A stretch of DNA of 64,000 nt from Pseudomonadota bacterium. Lineage in GTDB: Bacteria > Pseudomonadota > Alphaproteobacteria > JBCCHK01. This document shows, piece after piece, positions 29,609 to 39,906 of the stretch. Below the pieces are notes generated by a model. The model was not told the DNA's origin and ran no database searches. It saw only the letters and a program-made list of their open reading frames with translations. Made by a program: the position numbers and the translations under genes. The stretch covers positions 65,636 to 129,635 of the forward strand of contig JBCCHK010000001.1 of assembly GCA_039028835.1 (NCBI GenBank). The letters run 5' to 3'. The stretch's first letter is position 1, and every line of letters begins with the position of its first letter.

Positions 29609-31051
29609 ATGCATGCATTTTTTTTCTATAGAATAAAACACACGGCTTTCCCGTGTATGACCGCCTTTAAGGTGATGGTGGGCGCTCTGTTGCTTGTAAG
29701 CACGTTTATAAGCACACTGGCGCAGGCCCAGCCGCGTGACTTTACCGAGTTATCAAAACGTCTTACGCCCAGTGTTGTTTTTATCTCGACCGGCCAAACA
29801 ATCACCCAACAAGCCCAGCCTAACCCGTTTCGTGGCACCCCTTTTGAGGAGTTTTTTGAACAACAGCAAGGCCCGCAAGAGCGTGAATTGCAAGGCTTAG
29901 GCTCGGGTTTTGTTATCTCATCCCAAGGTCACATTATTACCAACAACCACGTCATCGATCAGGCCGATACGATTACCGTGATTTTGCACGATGATACGGA
30001 ACTTGAGGCGCAAGTCGTGGGCGTTGATCCGCGTACGGATGTGGCGGTGCTGAAGGTCGATCCACCCGCCTCGCTTACGCCGCTTACTTGGGGCGACAGT
30101 TCGGACGTCCAGGTTGGTGAGTGGGTGCTCGCGATCGGTAACCCATTTGGTTTTGGGGGCACGGTCACGGCGGGAATTGTCTCGGCGATTGCGCGCCGTA
30201 ATCTTGCGCAAGGGTATGTGGATTTTATCCAGACCGATGCGTCAATCAATCGCGGTAATTCGGGCGGACCGCTGTTTAATATGCAAGGCGAGGTCATTGG
30301 GGTGAATACCTGGATCGCGTCACCGTCTGGCGGGTCGGTTGGTTTGGGCTTTGCCATTCCTTCGAATATCGTGCGCGAGGTTGCGCAACAGATGATCGAG
30401 TTTGGCCGGACGCGCCGCGGCTGGCTTGGGGTACGTATTCAGTCCGTGGATGAAGCTTTGGCAGAAAAACTACAGCTTGAATCGCCGAAAGGGGCGTTAA
30501 TTTCCTCAGTGATGGACGACAGTCCCGCGCAAGCGGCTGGCATTCAGGCCGGGGATGTGGTCATCCGCCTGAATGATCGTGAGATTCCGGACAATTGGTA
30601 TTTTCAGCGCTGGATCGGTGAGGCGGGTCCCGGCGCACGGGTAAACCTCACAATTTGGCGTGACGGTCAGTCGCTTGAATTGATTGTCACGCTGGGGGAC
30701 TTAGAAGAAACCGAAGCCACGCAACTTTCGTCCACGTCGCGCACCCATCGCGATGAGGAGACGGGTCTTGTGGTTTCTTTAGTTGACCCCGTGCAACGAC
30801 AAGAGCTCGATTTGCCCGACAATCAAACGGGCTTGGTCATTACCTCGGTGGAGCCATCCAGCCCAGCGGCTCAGGCAGGCTTGCGTCCGCGCGAGGTCAT
30901 TGTGAGTGCCAACCGAGAGGAGATAGGCAGTATCGATGACTTTCGGCGGGTGATGACGAGGGCCCGAAGTGATGATGATCGCTTTGTGTTGCTGTACGTC
31001 TTCTCGATGGGCGGCTTTCGCTATACAACCTTAGAAGTGGACGCCCGGTAA
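29609..31051 (+). CDS. degP: Periplasmic serine endoprotease DegP/HtrA (Do family, trypsin domain + 2 PDZ) (ORF track start 29561)
   Basis: Signal peptide, catalytic triad context incl. GNSGGPLFNMQGEVIGVNT, two PDZ domains; hflKC-degP linkage. Confidence 0.9.
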   Translation: MHAFFFYRIKHTAFPCMTAFKVMVGALLLVSTFISTLAQAQPRDFTELSKRLTPSVVFISTGQTITQQAQPNPFRGTPFEEFFEQQQGPQERELQGLGSGFVISSQGHIITNNHVIDQADTITVILHDDTELEAQVVGVDPRTDVAVLKVDPPASLTPLTWGDSSDVQVGEWVLAIGNPFGFGGTVTAGIVSAIARRNLAQGYVDFIQTDASINRGNSGGPLFNMQGEVIGVNTWIASPSGGSVGLGFAIPSNIVREVAQQMIEFGRTRRGWLGVRIQSVDEALAEKLQLESPKGALISSVMDDSPAQAAGIQAGDVVIRLNDREIPDNWYFQRWIGEAGPGARVNLTIWRDGQSLELIVTLGDLEETEATQLSSTSRTHRDEETGLVVSLVDPVQRQELDLPDNQTGLVITSVEPSSPAAQAGLRPREVIVSANREEIGSIDDFRRVMTRARSDDDRFVLLYVFSMGGFRYTTLEVDAR

Positions 31052-31204
31052 TTGAGATCGGTGCGATTATTGATCTGATGAGTTATTCTCAGATCTGGCG
31101 AAGAACAGGCCGGTTAAGAGTTCTACGGGCGTTCTATCATGAGTATTGTCGTGAGGGGTTTTCTTCGCCCACACATCCATAAAGAAATAGAGCAACAGCC
31201 GGTC

Positions 31205-31516
31205 TTAGTACCGATTGATATCTTTTTGCTTCATTGAGGAGGGGCGTCTTTTGATGATGGTGCGTAGCAAGATAGAAATAGCACAACCACATAAAGCTAG
31301 GGAAATAAGTGTGTGACCCCAACCGCTTAAGATACCACCGATCCATACTTTGTTTTGTGCGAAAAGAATTGAGCTGTTGATGAGAGCGGCACTTCCAAAG
31401 GGTAAAAAGAAGATCAGACTTCCGTCAAAAAACTCGATTGCGATAAGAATAGCTCCAAGGATAAGCCAAGTCTCAGGCGTCAAAAGCCAGTAATGTAATG
31501 TCATAGATAGAGACAT
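31205..31516 (-). CDS. Short NfeD-like membrane protein (YbbJ-like partner of SPFH protein)
   Basis: 103 aa, two N-terminal TM helices, directly downstream of SPFH gene; low-GC. Confidence 0.55.
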   Translation of the reverse strand: MSLSMTLHYWLLTPETWLILGAILIAIEFFDGSLIFFLPFGSAALINSSILFAQNKVWIGGILSGWGHTLISLALCGCAISILLRTIIKRRPSSMKQKDINRY

Positions 31517-31519
31517 TAT

Positions 31520-32482
31520 TTATTCCCAAGGGTTTGTTTGCTTTGTTTGTTTTTTTATTTGTTTTGTTTGGGTGGGAAGAGATGCCATTATTGTTTGCAA
31601 ACTACCTAAAACACCGGTGATATCTGTAGGTATAACAACTGTTTTCGTGGTCGATGATGAGGCTAGATGCATAACAGCTTGGACTTGTTGCTTCATGACC
31701 TCAAAATTGACAGCTGGTTGACCATTATTTTCAATCGCTTTGGCGATAAGGGTCGTTTGTTCGGCGTCGGCTTGTGCTTTAACTTTGACGGCATAGGCTT
31801 GCGCATCAGCCTCAATACGAACAGCATCGGCATTTTTTTCTGCCTCATAAAGCTTTGCGTCGGCGGCAAGCTCAATAGAGCGTTTTTCACCTTCTGCGCG
31901 GGCAATAGCGGCCCGCCTCTCGCGCTCTGCGTTGAGTTGTTGTCGCTGGGCTTCTTTGGTTTGTTCATCGATAATCACGTCAGTAATTTCTGTACGTGTA
32001 ATCTCAATACCCCATATATTGGCCGCTTCTTGTAAGTTGGTAGCAATTTCTTCATTCATTGACTCACGGCTAGATTGTAGATCATCAAGCTCTAGTTTTC
32101 CTGCGGCGGAACGCACGATCGAGGTTCCAGCAGTATGGAGCGCGCCGTCGACATTGCGAATTCTATACACGGTGCGACTTGCTTCGGTAACACGATAAAA
32201 GACTGTTGCTTCGAGTTTGACCTCGACGTTGTCTTTGGTGATGACGGAGATCGTAAACTCAGGTAGCTGGCGCTCTAAGATAGAGACGCGATGGGCCACG
32301 CGATCAAGAAAGGGCGTGATAACAGAAAGACCTGCAGTAAGGGTTCTTGTATATTTTCCAAACCGCTCAACTACGTAGACTTGAGATTGAGGGACGATTT
32401 TAACGCTTAGATAGAGCGTGAAAATAGCCAGACCCAAAATAACAAGGCCAATGATATTGGTGATATCGGGTATAAACGCCAT
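31520..32482 (-). CDS. SPFH/band-7 (stomatin/QmcA-like) membrane protein
   Basis: N-terminal TM, SPFH domain (VVERFGKYTRTLTAGL..P), C-terminal coiled-coil with Ala/Glu/Gln repeats, Lys/Gln/Thr-rich tail. Confidence 0.8.
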   Translation of the reverse strand: MAFIPDITNIIGLVILGLAIFTLYLSVKIVPQSQVYVVERFGKYTRTLTAGLSVITPFLDRVAHRVSILERQLPEFTISVITKDNVEVKLEATVFYRVTEASRTVYRIRNVDGALHTAGTSIVRSAAGKLELDDLQSSRESMNEEIATNLQEAANIWGIEITRTEITDVIIDEQTKEAQRQQLNAERERRAAIARAEGEKRSIELAADAKLYEAEKNADAVRIEADAQAYAVKVKAQADAEQTTLIAKAIENNGQPAVNFEVMKQQVQAVMHLASSSTTKTVVIPTDITGVLGSLQTIMASLPTQTKQIKKQTKQTNPWE

Positions 32483-32495
32483 AAAAGATAAAATC

Positions 32496-32687
32496 CTATT
32501 TTTGATACGTACCGCGTGATCCCATCATACAGGCCGTAATACAAGCCCGCAGACCTTTTATCTTATCTATAAGACGAGACCTTTGCCTATCAAAACGTAT
32601 ACCAAAAATATACAACAAGACATATACAACAAGAAAGCCTAGAGTAAAAAGCATGCCAAGCGTATTTGAGGTTGGTTTTGATCTCAA
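32496..32687 (-). CDS. Possible small membrane protein upstream of SPFH gene (speculative)
   Basis: 63-aa ORF with one strongly hydrophobic segment LGMLFTLGFLVVYVLLYIFGI, same strand 14 nt upstream of SPFH ORF; no homology evidence. Confidence 0.25.
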   Translation of the reverse strand: MRSKPTSNTLGMLFTLGFLVVYVLLYIFGIRFDRQRSRLIDKIKGLRACITACMMGSRGTYQK

Positions 32688-32889
32688 TCAACACAATGGC
32701 GTGTTGGGCTTTTCTCCAGTCGGGATGCGTATCAAATCAGTCAATATAGGCAAGGCTTGTCCTAGATGCCCATAGGGTGTGAAGTTTTTCTTACATGTTC
32801 TTTAAGACTTCCTGTTTGTCCCTCTTGGGTTTTTATGCTCCTATCCCAATACCTTTTGACATCATCGTGTGATGAGTGGAGCGTAACTC

Positions 32890-33726
32890 ATGGGGCATAC
32901 GAACATCAGCCTAGCGCGGCGCGCTTACCACATTCGTCGTCATGCATTGGAGATGGCGGCAGTGCAGGGGCAAGGCTATATCGGCCAGGCTTTGGGATTC
33001 TCTGACGTGCTAGCAGTTTTGTATTTTCATGCCCTCATCATGAGGGCGGATGATCCCTCGTGGGAAGGGCGTGATCGGCTTTTTTTGTCCATCGGTCACT
33101 ATGCCATTGCCCTTTATGCCGCGCTGATCGAAGCGGGTGTGCTTGCGGAACAGGACATTGAAGACTACGGCGCGGATGATAGCATCTTGCCCATGTCTGG
33201 GATGGCCGCCTACACCCCTGGAATGGAAATCACAGGCGGGTCCTTAGGCCAAGGGCTCACCATCGCCGTGGGGGCTTGCCTGGGACTCCGGCGCAAAGGG
33301 TCTGATGCTTTTGTATATAATCTGCTCTCGGATGGTGAGTTGGGCGAAGGGGCTACCTGGGAAGCTGCCATGGCGGCCAGTCACCACGGGCTTAACCACC
33401 TTATTGCGGTGGTGGATGTCAACAACCAGCAAGCAGATGGCCCCCCGAGCAACATCTTAAGTGCCGAGCCGCAGGAGGATAAATGGCGCGCCTTTGGTTG
33501 GTTTACCCAGCGGGTAGACGGTCATCATCTAGAGGTCTTGACCCATGCTTTCGATGTCGCCCGCCACCACCCAGGTCCTGCGCCGCGGGTGATTATCTGT
33601 GATACGACCATGGGGAAAGGGGTGCCGTTCTTAGAAGCACGGGAGAAGACACACTTTATCCGCGTAGAGCCGGACGAATGGGCCGAGGCTTTGCGTGCCC
33701 TTGATGAGAGTGCGCCCCATGGCTAG
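32890..33726 (+). CDS. Transketolase N-terminal subunit (split transketolase, TPP-binding)
   Basis: GHYAIALYAALIEAGV, LSDGELGEGATWEAAMAASHHGLNHLIAVVDVNNQQADG TPP-binding motifs. Confidence 0.85.
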   Translation: MGHTNISLARRAYHIRRHALEMAAVQGQGYIGQALGFSDVLAVLYFHALIMRADDPSWEGRDRLFLSIGHYAIALYAALIEAGVLAEQDIEDYGADDSILPMSGMAAYTPGMEITGGSLGQGLTIAVGACLGLRRKGSDAFVYNLLSDGELGEGATWEAAMAASHHGLNHLIAVVDVNNQQADGPPSNILSAEPQEDKWRAFGWFTQRVDGHHLEVLTHAFDVARHHPGPAPRVIICDTTMGKGVPFLEAREKTHFIRVEPDEWAEALRALDESAPHG

Positions 33727-34705
33727 CCCTAAGCGTCGCACCTCGGCGATGATCGCGTCCATCGATAGCGGTGGGTTACCAACGATCAAAGCCCCCTTCG
33801 GTCACACCTTATGCGAGGTTGCGCGCACTCGCCCTGAGATCGTTGGGATGACGGCGGACTTAAGCAAATATACCGATCTTTATGTTTTCGCCGAACAATA
33901 CCCGGATCGATTCTATCAAATGGGCATGGCCGAACAGCTTCTCATGGGGGCTGCTGCGGGCATGGCCCGAGAAGGTTTCACCGTTTTTGCGACGACCTAC
34001 GCGGTCTTTGCCTCGCGCCGGGCCTATGATTTTATCTGTATGGCCATTGCGGAGGAGTCCTTGAATGTCAAGATTGTTTGCGCCCTACCAGGTTTGACCA
34101 CCGGCTATGGTCCCAGTCATCAAGCGACCGAAGATCTTGCCATCTTTCGCGGCATGCCTAATTTGACGGTGATCGATCCCTGTGATGCTACTGATATAGC
34201 CCAAGCAACACAGGCCTTAGCAGACCATGTCGGGCCTGTCTATATGCGTTTACTCCGAGGACAAGTCCCCGATATTCTCTCGCGCTATGACTACTATTTT
34301 AAGATGGGTCAGGCTGCTTTGCTGGTCGATGGTCGTGACGTTTTATTCATTTCCACTGGTCTGATGACCATGCGCGCCTTACAAGCTCAGGAGGCCTTGG
34401 CAAAAGACGGTATAGATGCCGCTGTTTTGCACGCCCCAACGCTTAAGCCGTTGGATGTCGATACCATTTGCGTCCAGGCGGGACGACATGGGCGCTTGGT
34501 GGTTGTGGCAGAAAATCATACCGAGGTGGGTGGTCTTGGCGAGGCCGTAGCCGCAGCCCTTTTGCGTAGCGGGATTCATCCAGCTTGGCTTCATATCGCG
34601 TTGCCGGATCAATTTCTTGCTGCCGGAGCTCTGCCGACGTTACATGATCGTTATGGCCTGTCGACCGCGCAGGTGTGTCGAGCGGTCAAAAAAGCCTTAG
34701 GTTAA
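33719..34705 (+). CDS. Transketolase C-terminal subunit (pyrimidine-binding + C-terminal domain) (ORF track start 33695)
   Basis: Transketolase Pyr domain features, overlaps N-subunit stop; 4-nt-type coupling. Confidence 0.85.
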   Translation: MASPKRRTSAMIASIDSGGLPTIKAPFGHTLCEVARTRPEIVGMTADLSKYTDLYVFAEQYPDRFYQMGMAEQLLMGAAAGMAREGFTVFATTYAVFASRRAYDFICMAIAEESLNVKIVCALPGLTTGYGPSHQATEDLAIFRGMPNLTVIDPCDATDIAQATQALADHVGPVYMRLLRGQVPDILSRYDYYFKMGQAALLVDGRDVLFISTGLMTMRALQAQEALAKDGIDAAVLHAPTLKPLDVDTICVQAGRHGRLVVVAENHTEVGGLGEAVAAALLRSGIHPAWLHIALPDQFLAAGALPTLHDRYGLSTAQVCRAVKKALG

Positions 34706-34729
34706 TTATCTTTCAGGGGTTATTGTCTC

Positions 34730-35650
34730 TTGGTGATTTCGAACCGTGTCATAGGATTTATCGGTCTTGGGGCCATGGGCTTGCCTATGGCCCGCAACCT
34801 CTTGCGCAAGGGGTGGACGGTTTTAGGAGTTGATCCTTGCGCGAGGGCTCGTAAGGATTTCATCGCCAGCGGGGGCCGTACGTATGAGCAGGGGCAAGCC
34901 CTACCAACGGATATCGATCTCTTCGTGATTATGGCTCGCGATGTCCAGCAAATTGACCAGATTTTGTTTCAAGACGGATTTGCCAACCCTGCCCGGCAGG
35001 GTGCCGTGGTTGCTATTTGTAGCACCATCGCCCCTGATGATATGCGCCGAATCGGACAACGCCTCGCGAACTTTGGGCTTGTCTTGGTCGATGCGCCGGT
35101 ATCTGGCGGGAAAATCGGTGCAGTGAAGGGCGTCTTGACGATCATGGCCGCGGGGGCAAAAGACGCCTATGATGCGATAGAGCCCGCTCTTCAGGCCATG
35201 GGCAATCCTCATTACCTTGCGCCTGAGGTTGGCGTTGGCTCGACATACAAGGTGGTGCACCAACTGGCCGCCGGGGTTCATCTGGCTGCTGTGGCGGAAG
35301 TTCTGGCGTTAGGTGAAAGTGCCGGTTGTGATCTTGGTCTCTTGTTAGAGATTCTCGAGCAATCTGCCGGGGGCTCTTGGATGATGCAAGACCGAGGGCC
35401 GCGCATGCTCTCTCATCCCGATGTGCCGACCAGCACGATAGACATTTTTATCAAAGACTTAGAGCTGGTACGTCAGGCAGGAGAGCAGGCAGGGCAAGAG
35501 CTCCCCTTGACCAAAGCGGCCTTGGAGCTTTTTCGTCGAGCTCAGAGCCAAGGTTATGGTAGGGCTGACGATTCCTTCCTGATCGAGGTCTATCGCCAGG
35601 GTAGGAGTCATCTTCAGCGGGAGGATCCCGACAAACGGTCTAAAGGGTAG
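34730..35650 (+). CDS. HIBADH-family NAD(P)-dependent dehydrogenase (3-hydroxyisobutyrate / 2-hydroxy-3-oxopropionate reductase-like)
   Basis: IGFIGLGAMGLPMARNLL Rossmann motif, 6PGD-like NAD-binding and C-terminal helical domain. Confidence 0.75.
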   Translation: MVISNRVIGFIGLGAMGLPMARNLLRKGWTVLGVDPCARARKDFIASGGRTYEQGQALPTDIDLFVIMARDVQQIDQILFQDGFANPARQGAVVAICSTIAPDDMRRIGQRLANFGLVLVDAPVSGGKIGAVKGVLTIMAAGAKDAYDAIEPALQAMGNPHYLAPEVGVGSTYKVVHQLAAGVHLAAVAEVLALGESAGCDLGLLLEILEQSAGGSWMMQDRGPRMLSHPDVPTSTIDIFIKDLELVRQAGEQAGQELPLTKAALELFRRAQSQGYGRADDSFLIEVYRQGRSHLQREDPDKRSKG

Positions 35651-36594
35651 CGCTGGTGACAACCCAAAGATTTTAACAGTCGCGTCAGTTGCTGGGTATG
35701 ATGGGTCGCCTGGGCCTCAATCCAGGTTTGAAAGACGCGCACAGATCGGGTGGCTAAATGTCGCGCAGGACAAATAATCCAATAGGCAGGAAACTCGATG
35801 GCGCCTGCAGTAGGGAAAACAGGAACCAGGGTTCCGTTGCGTAATTCTTCTGCGGCTAAAATGGCGGACTCTAATGCGATACCCACGCCGTCCTTAGCGG
35901 CCTGCAAGGACATGGATGAACGATCAAAGCGTAGGCCGCCTGCAGTATCCACGTTGGGACAATCGAAATGCTTGGTCCACCAGTCCCACGTAAGGTGGGC
36001 CTTGACCGTATGAATCAAGCGTCCTTGGGCAAGAAAATCACCCCATCTTTGGGAGGGTTGTTGCTGGCGCAGGTAATCAGGACAACACAAGGGTAAGACA
36101 AGATCGCGCAAAATGCAGGCCATATAAAGGCCGTCCCAATGCCCTTGACCGTAACGAAGATCAAAGTCGACTCGCTCCTTTTCGAAGTCAGTGATTTCTG
36201 GCGTGGCATCGATATGCATATCCCAACGCGGATTTTTGGTTATAAAATCTGCCAAGCGGGGCGCGAGCCAACGCACGCCAAAGCTGGCGGAGACTCGTAT
36301 GATAAGTTGGTCGCGACTACGGCTGAGCTGATTGCGTCCTTCATTGAGGATGTCTAAAGCCTTACTCGCGCTATGGTAGAGTTTCTCGCCTTCCTCGGTC
36401 AGGACTAGGCGGCGCTTGATCCGGCGAAATAAACGAAGGCCGAGACTGCTTTCCAAGCTACGAATCTGCTGGCTAACAGCTGAAGGGGAGACGTACAGCT
36501 CCTGGGCTGCGGTGGTTATCCGAGTGTGACGGGCAACAGCTTCGAAATACACCAGACTGTTAAGGTTACGGTAACGCATTGATTTACAACACAT
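35614..36594 (-). CDS. LysR-family transcriptional regulator
   Basis: N-terminal HTH LNSLVYFEAVARHTRITTAAQELYVSPSAVSQQIRSLE, LysR substrate-binding domain. Confidence 0.85.
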   Translation of the reverse strand: MCCKSMRYRNLNSLVYFEAVARHTRITTAAQELYVSPSAVSQQIRSLESSLGLRLFRRIKRRLVLTEEGEKLYHSASKALDILNEGRNQLSRSRDQLIIRVSASFGVRWLAPRLADFITKNPRWDMHIDATPEITDFEKERVDFDLRYGQGHWDGLYMACILRDLVLPLCCPDYLRQQQPSQRWGDFLAQGRLIHTVKAHLTWDWWTKHFDCPNVDTAGGLRFDRSSMSLQAAKDGVGIALESAILAAEELRNGTLVPVFPTAGAIEFPAYWIICPARHLATRSVRVFQTWIEAQATHHTQQLTRLLKSLGCHQRYPLDRLSGSSR

Positions 36595-36767
36595 TCATGA
36601 GGAGAAATGGTTAAGAGAAACTTACAATATGTTTAATAGAATCTGCTTGAAATCCTTATTATATCAGGGATTAACTGGTGAGCATAAAGTATCGCTTCAA
36701 AAGCAATGTCCATCTGTTTTTAAGCGTTCATTCTCAAACGTCTAGCCTTTGGCGTTGAGAGATATCA

Positions 36768-37766
36768 TTGATTGAGAGGAGGTTTCTCGTGAAAAAATTT
36801 ATCTTTGTTTGTCTTGCTCTAAGTGCTATGAGCATGACGACCTGGGCAGAAGAAATCATCATTGGCACAAACGGCAAGCCAGGTAACCCAAGAGTGACGG
36901 CCGCAGAGATGTTTGGTCACATTCTCGAGCAACGTTCTCGAGGTGCTCATACGGTTCAAGTGGCTCACTCAGCCACCTTGGGGGATGATCGGCAAATGCT
37001 TAAATCTGTCCGTTTGGGCACCATGCATATTACCGTAAACTCGGACGGTCCTGTGGCGGAAATTGTCCCCGAGCTTAGCGCTTTTGGTCTTCCTTATCTG
37101 TTTGATAACCTACCTGCCGCCTGGGAAGTGCTTGACGGCCCGATCGGTGATTCCCTTGCGGCAAAGCTGGATGACGAAGGTTACGTGGTGCTTGCTTGGT
37201 GGGATAATGGTATTCGTAAAATCACCCACGTCAGCAAGCCGATTCGTAACCCTACAGACATTGCGGGGATGAAGATTCGGACTCCTCAATCGCAGGTGAC
37301 GATCGATGCCTTTCAAGCCTTAGGGGCGAATCCGGCGCCTCTCGCGTTTTCTGAGTTGCCCGCCGCCTTACAAAGTGGTGTGTTTGAAGGGCAGGAAAAT
37401 CCGTTGGCCAATATCTATTCCTCGCGCTTGCACGAGTTAACCCCCTATATTGCCAAGTCCAACCACAAGTATGAAATGACCCCGGTGTTGGCATCTAAAG
37501 TGTGGTGGGAGACTCTCTCGTCCCAGGATCAACAGATGATTCGCGAGGCCATGCACGCCGCAACCTGGTATAACCGGGGCTACTTTTTGATCAACGATGT
37601 TCAACTGGAAGAAACGCTACGCGCAGAGGGTGCCCAGTTTAACGACGTTGACACCGCAGCATTCAAAGAGGCGACTGCGGGTGTTTATGACAAATGGCGA
37701 GAAGAGATTGGCGATATCGTGACCGACGTGCAAGCCGCCGCTGCTGCTGCCAGTGAGATGAACTAA
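36768..37766 (+). CDS. dctP: TRAP transporter solute-binding protein (DctP family)
   Basis: Signal peptide, DctP-family fold cues; followed by DctQ/DctM; RBS GAGGAGG before possible GTG at 36789. Confidence 0.8.
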   Translation: MIERRFLVKKFIFVCLALSAMSMTTWAEEIIIGTNGKPGNPRVTAAEMFGHILEQRSRGAHTVQVAHSATLGDDRQMLKSVRLGTMHITVNSDGPVAEIVPELSAFGLPYLFDNLPAAWEVLDGPIGDSLAAKLDDEGYVVLAWWDNGIRKITHVSKPIRNPTDIAGMKIRTPQSQVTIDAFQALGANPAPLAFSELPAALQSGVFEGQENPLANIYSSRLHELTPYIAKSNHKYEMTPVLASKVWWETLSSQDQQMIREAMHAATWYNRGYFLINDVQLEETLRAEGAQFNDVDTAAFKEATAGVYDKWREEIGDIVTDVQAAAAAASEMN

Positions 37767-37777
37767 TCAACGTTTTT

Positions 37778-38317
37778 TTGGAATTTTTGTTTCCTCCGAG
37801 AACCACGGGGCCATTAGGCTCCGTGGTTTTCGTCGTTGATTGGGTGGTGCGTTGGGTTTGTGCGGTGATTTTGTGGGTTGGGTTTGGCTGTATGTTTTTC
37901 CCGACTTTAATCAATGCGACGTTACGCTATACCACGAACCAAAGTTTGGTGTGGTCCGAACAGATTGTACAGCTGGTTTTTCCTTGGTTCATTATGGCTG
38001 GAGCGGTCTTAGCGGCGCAGCATAGCCGGCATATTCGCTTGCAAATTTTGTATATGCTTTGCCCACCGAAAATCATCATTGGGGTTGAGAGCGTGACAAC
38101 TTTTGTGGTTTTCAGCGCCTGCTTGCTCGTTGTTTTTTATGCAACGCAGGTAACCCTTTTGGAAAAAAATACCTTCTTTACGTTGCTTAACGTTACGCAA
38201 GCCTGGAGTTATGCGGCCTTAGTGGTTGGCTATAGTGGCTTGGCGGTGACGAATATGACAGGTTTGTATCGCCGCTGGCAGGAGAACGTTGAGCGCATAG
38301 AAAAGCAGAAATCTTAG
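37778..38317 (+). CDS. dctQ: TRAP transporter small permease (DctQ family)
   Basis: 179 aa, 4 TM segments, between dctP and dctM. Confidence 0.7.
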   Translation: MEFLFPPRTTGPLGSVVFVVDWVVRWVCAVILWVGFGCMFFPTLINATLRYTTNQSLVWSEQIVQLVFPWFIMAGAVLAAQHSRHIRLQILYMLCPPKIIIGVESVTTFVVFSACLLVVFYATQVTLLEKNTFFTLLNVTQAWSYAALVVGYSGLAVTNMTGLYRRWQENVERIEKQKS

Positions 38318-38336
38318 ATATAAAACTTAGATATAT

Positions 38337-39602
38337 ATGAGTATTTATGTAGCCCTATTATTTATCATTTGTCTGGCGGTCTCTATGCCGATTGCCCATG
38401 GACTTTTTGTTGCTGGTGTCGGGGCTATGGCTTTGGCAGGAAAAAATTATCTATTTGGGCAAACGATCATATCGTTGTATGATCCAACGCAAAAGTTTCC
38501 GATGATCGCCATTCCGCTTTTTATTTTAGCGGGCGATCTGATGATGTCGGGTCGTTTTGGTTCGTACCTCATTTCCTTTGCGCAGTTTTTGGTCGGCCGT
38601 TTGCGTGGTGGACTTGCGCAGGTGAGCGTTTTGGGTTCTTTGTTTTTCGGCGGCGTATCTGGATCAGCCGTTGCCGATGCTTCGGCGATTGGCAATGCTT
38701 TGATCCCTGTGCAGAAAAAACAGAACTATCCTGCTGGTTATCCGGCTGCGGTGAATGCAGCGTCTTCTACCATTTCGGTGCTTATTCCACCTTCCATTCC
38801 TCTGATTCTTTATGGTTTGGTCACAGAAACCTCGATTGTGAGATTGTTTGTTGCAGGCATTATCCCTGGCTTGCTTTTGGCTATTGGGTTGAGCGTGTTG
38901 TGCCATGTCATCGCCGTTCATCGGGGTCTGCCGCCTTCGCCCCTACAGGGGGGGCGCTCATATATCGGCCAACACTTTTTAAAATCTTTACCGGCTTTGT
39001 GTATGCCGGTCTTTGTCGTGATTTGCGCAAGGGGAGGTGTGCTCACGCCTACAGAGATTAGTGTCTTTGCTGTGGCTTATGCGCTGGTGATTGGGATGTT
39101 GATTTATCGCGATCTGTCTTGGTCTGTTTTTCTGCGCTGTATTTTGACCTCTGGGATCATGACCGGCGTGATTATGCTCGTGGTTATGGGATCGAGTGTG
39201 GTGCAGTGGATTCTCTCGGTCGAACAGGTGCCGCAAATGCTTGCGTCATGGCTGGTGGCGACAGTGAGCTCAGAGATTATGGTTATTTTGATGATTAATC
39301 TTTTGATGATTGCGGTCGGGACCTTTTTAGATTTGCCGGCCGCTATTTTATTGCTGGCGCCGATTTTGATTACCGTTGCGCGGGCGATTGGCCTTGATTC
39401 GATTCAACTCGGTCTGATGATGGTTATGAATCTGGCGATTGGCTTGTATACGCCTCCTGTGGGGACGACCTTATTTGTTTCTGTCGCGATTGAACGAGTC
39501 CCCATGGGGCGGGTAATCCGCGAGTTATTGCCCTTTTATCTATGGGCCCTTACGGTCTTGGCCTTGGTGAGTTTTGTGCCCATACTAACCTCGTTGCTAT
39601 AG
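38337..39602 (+). CDS. dctM: TRAP transporter large permease (DctM family)
   Basis: 421 aa, 12 TM, DctM-type motifs. Confidence 0.85.
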   Translation: MSIYVALLFIICLAVSMPIAHGLFVAGVGAMALAGKNYLFGQTIISLYDPTQKFPMIAIPLFILAGDLMMSGRFGSYLISFAQFLVGRLRGGLAQVSVLGSLFFGGVSGSAVADASAIGNALIPVQKKQNYPAGYPAAVNAASSTISVLIPPSIPLILYGLVTETSIVRLFVAGIIPGLLLAIGLSVLCHVIAVHRGLPPSPLQGGRSYIGQHFLKSLPALCMPVFVVICARGGVLTPTEISVFAVAYALVIGMLIYRDLSWSVFLRCILTSGIMTGVIMLVVMGSSVVQWILSVEQVPQMLASWLVATVSSEIMVILMINLLMIAVGTFLDLPAAILLLAPILITVARAIGLDSIQLGLMMVMNLAIGLYTPPVGTTLFVSVAIERVPMGRVIRELLPFYLWALTVLALVSFVPILTSLL

Positions 39603-39830
39603 AAAAAAAGCATATCCAGCATCGTGATGCGTGGTTTTGGATTTCAGTACACGTGATGATCGTGGTTGATCTATAGCGCGTGAGCAGGCTTCTTTCGGGC
39701 CTGCGCTTATGATAGTTGGATCATTGGGGCGTCTTGACCGGTAGGGGAGTGGCTTTTAGACTGCATGGCATAAGGTTTTGGGTCGGTGTGCGACGTTTCC
39801 ATGAACGTTTCTCTTGCTTAGAGCCTTATT

Positions 39831-39906
<76 letters not shown>

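Noticed and set aside
31052-31204. Rho-independent terminator after degP
   Set aside because: No convincing GC-rich hairpin followed by a T-run could be identified by eye; left unannotated.
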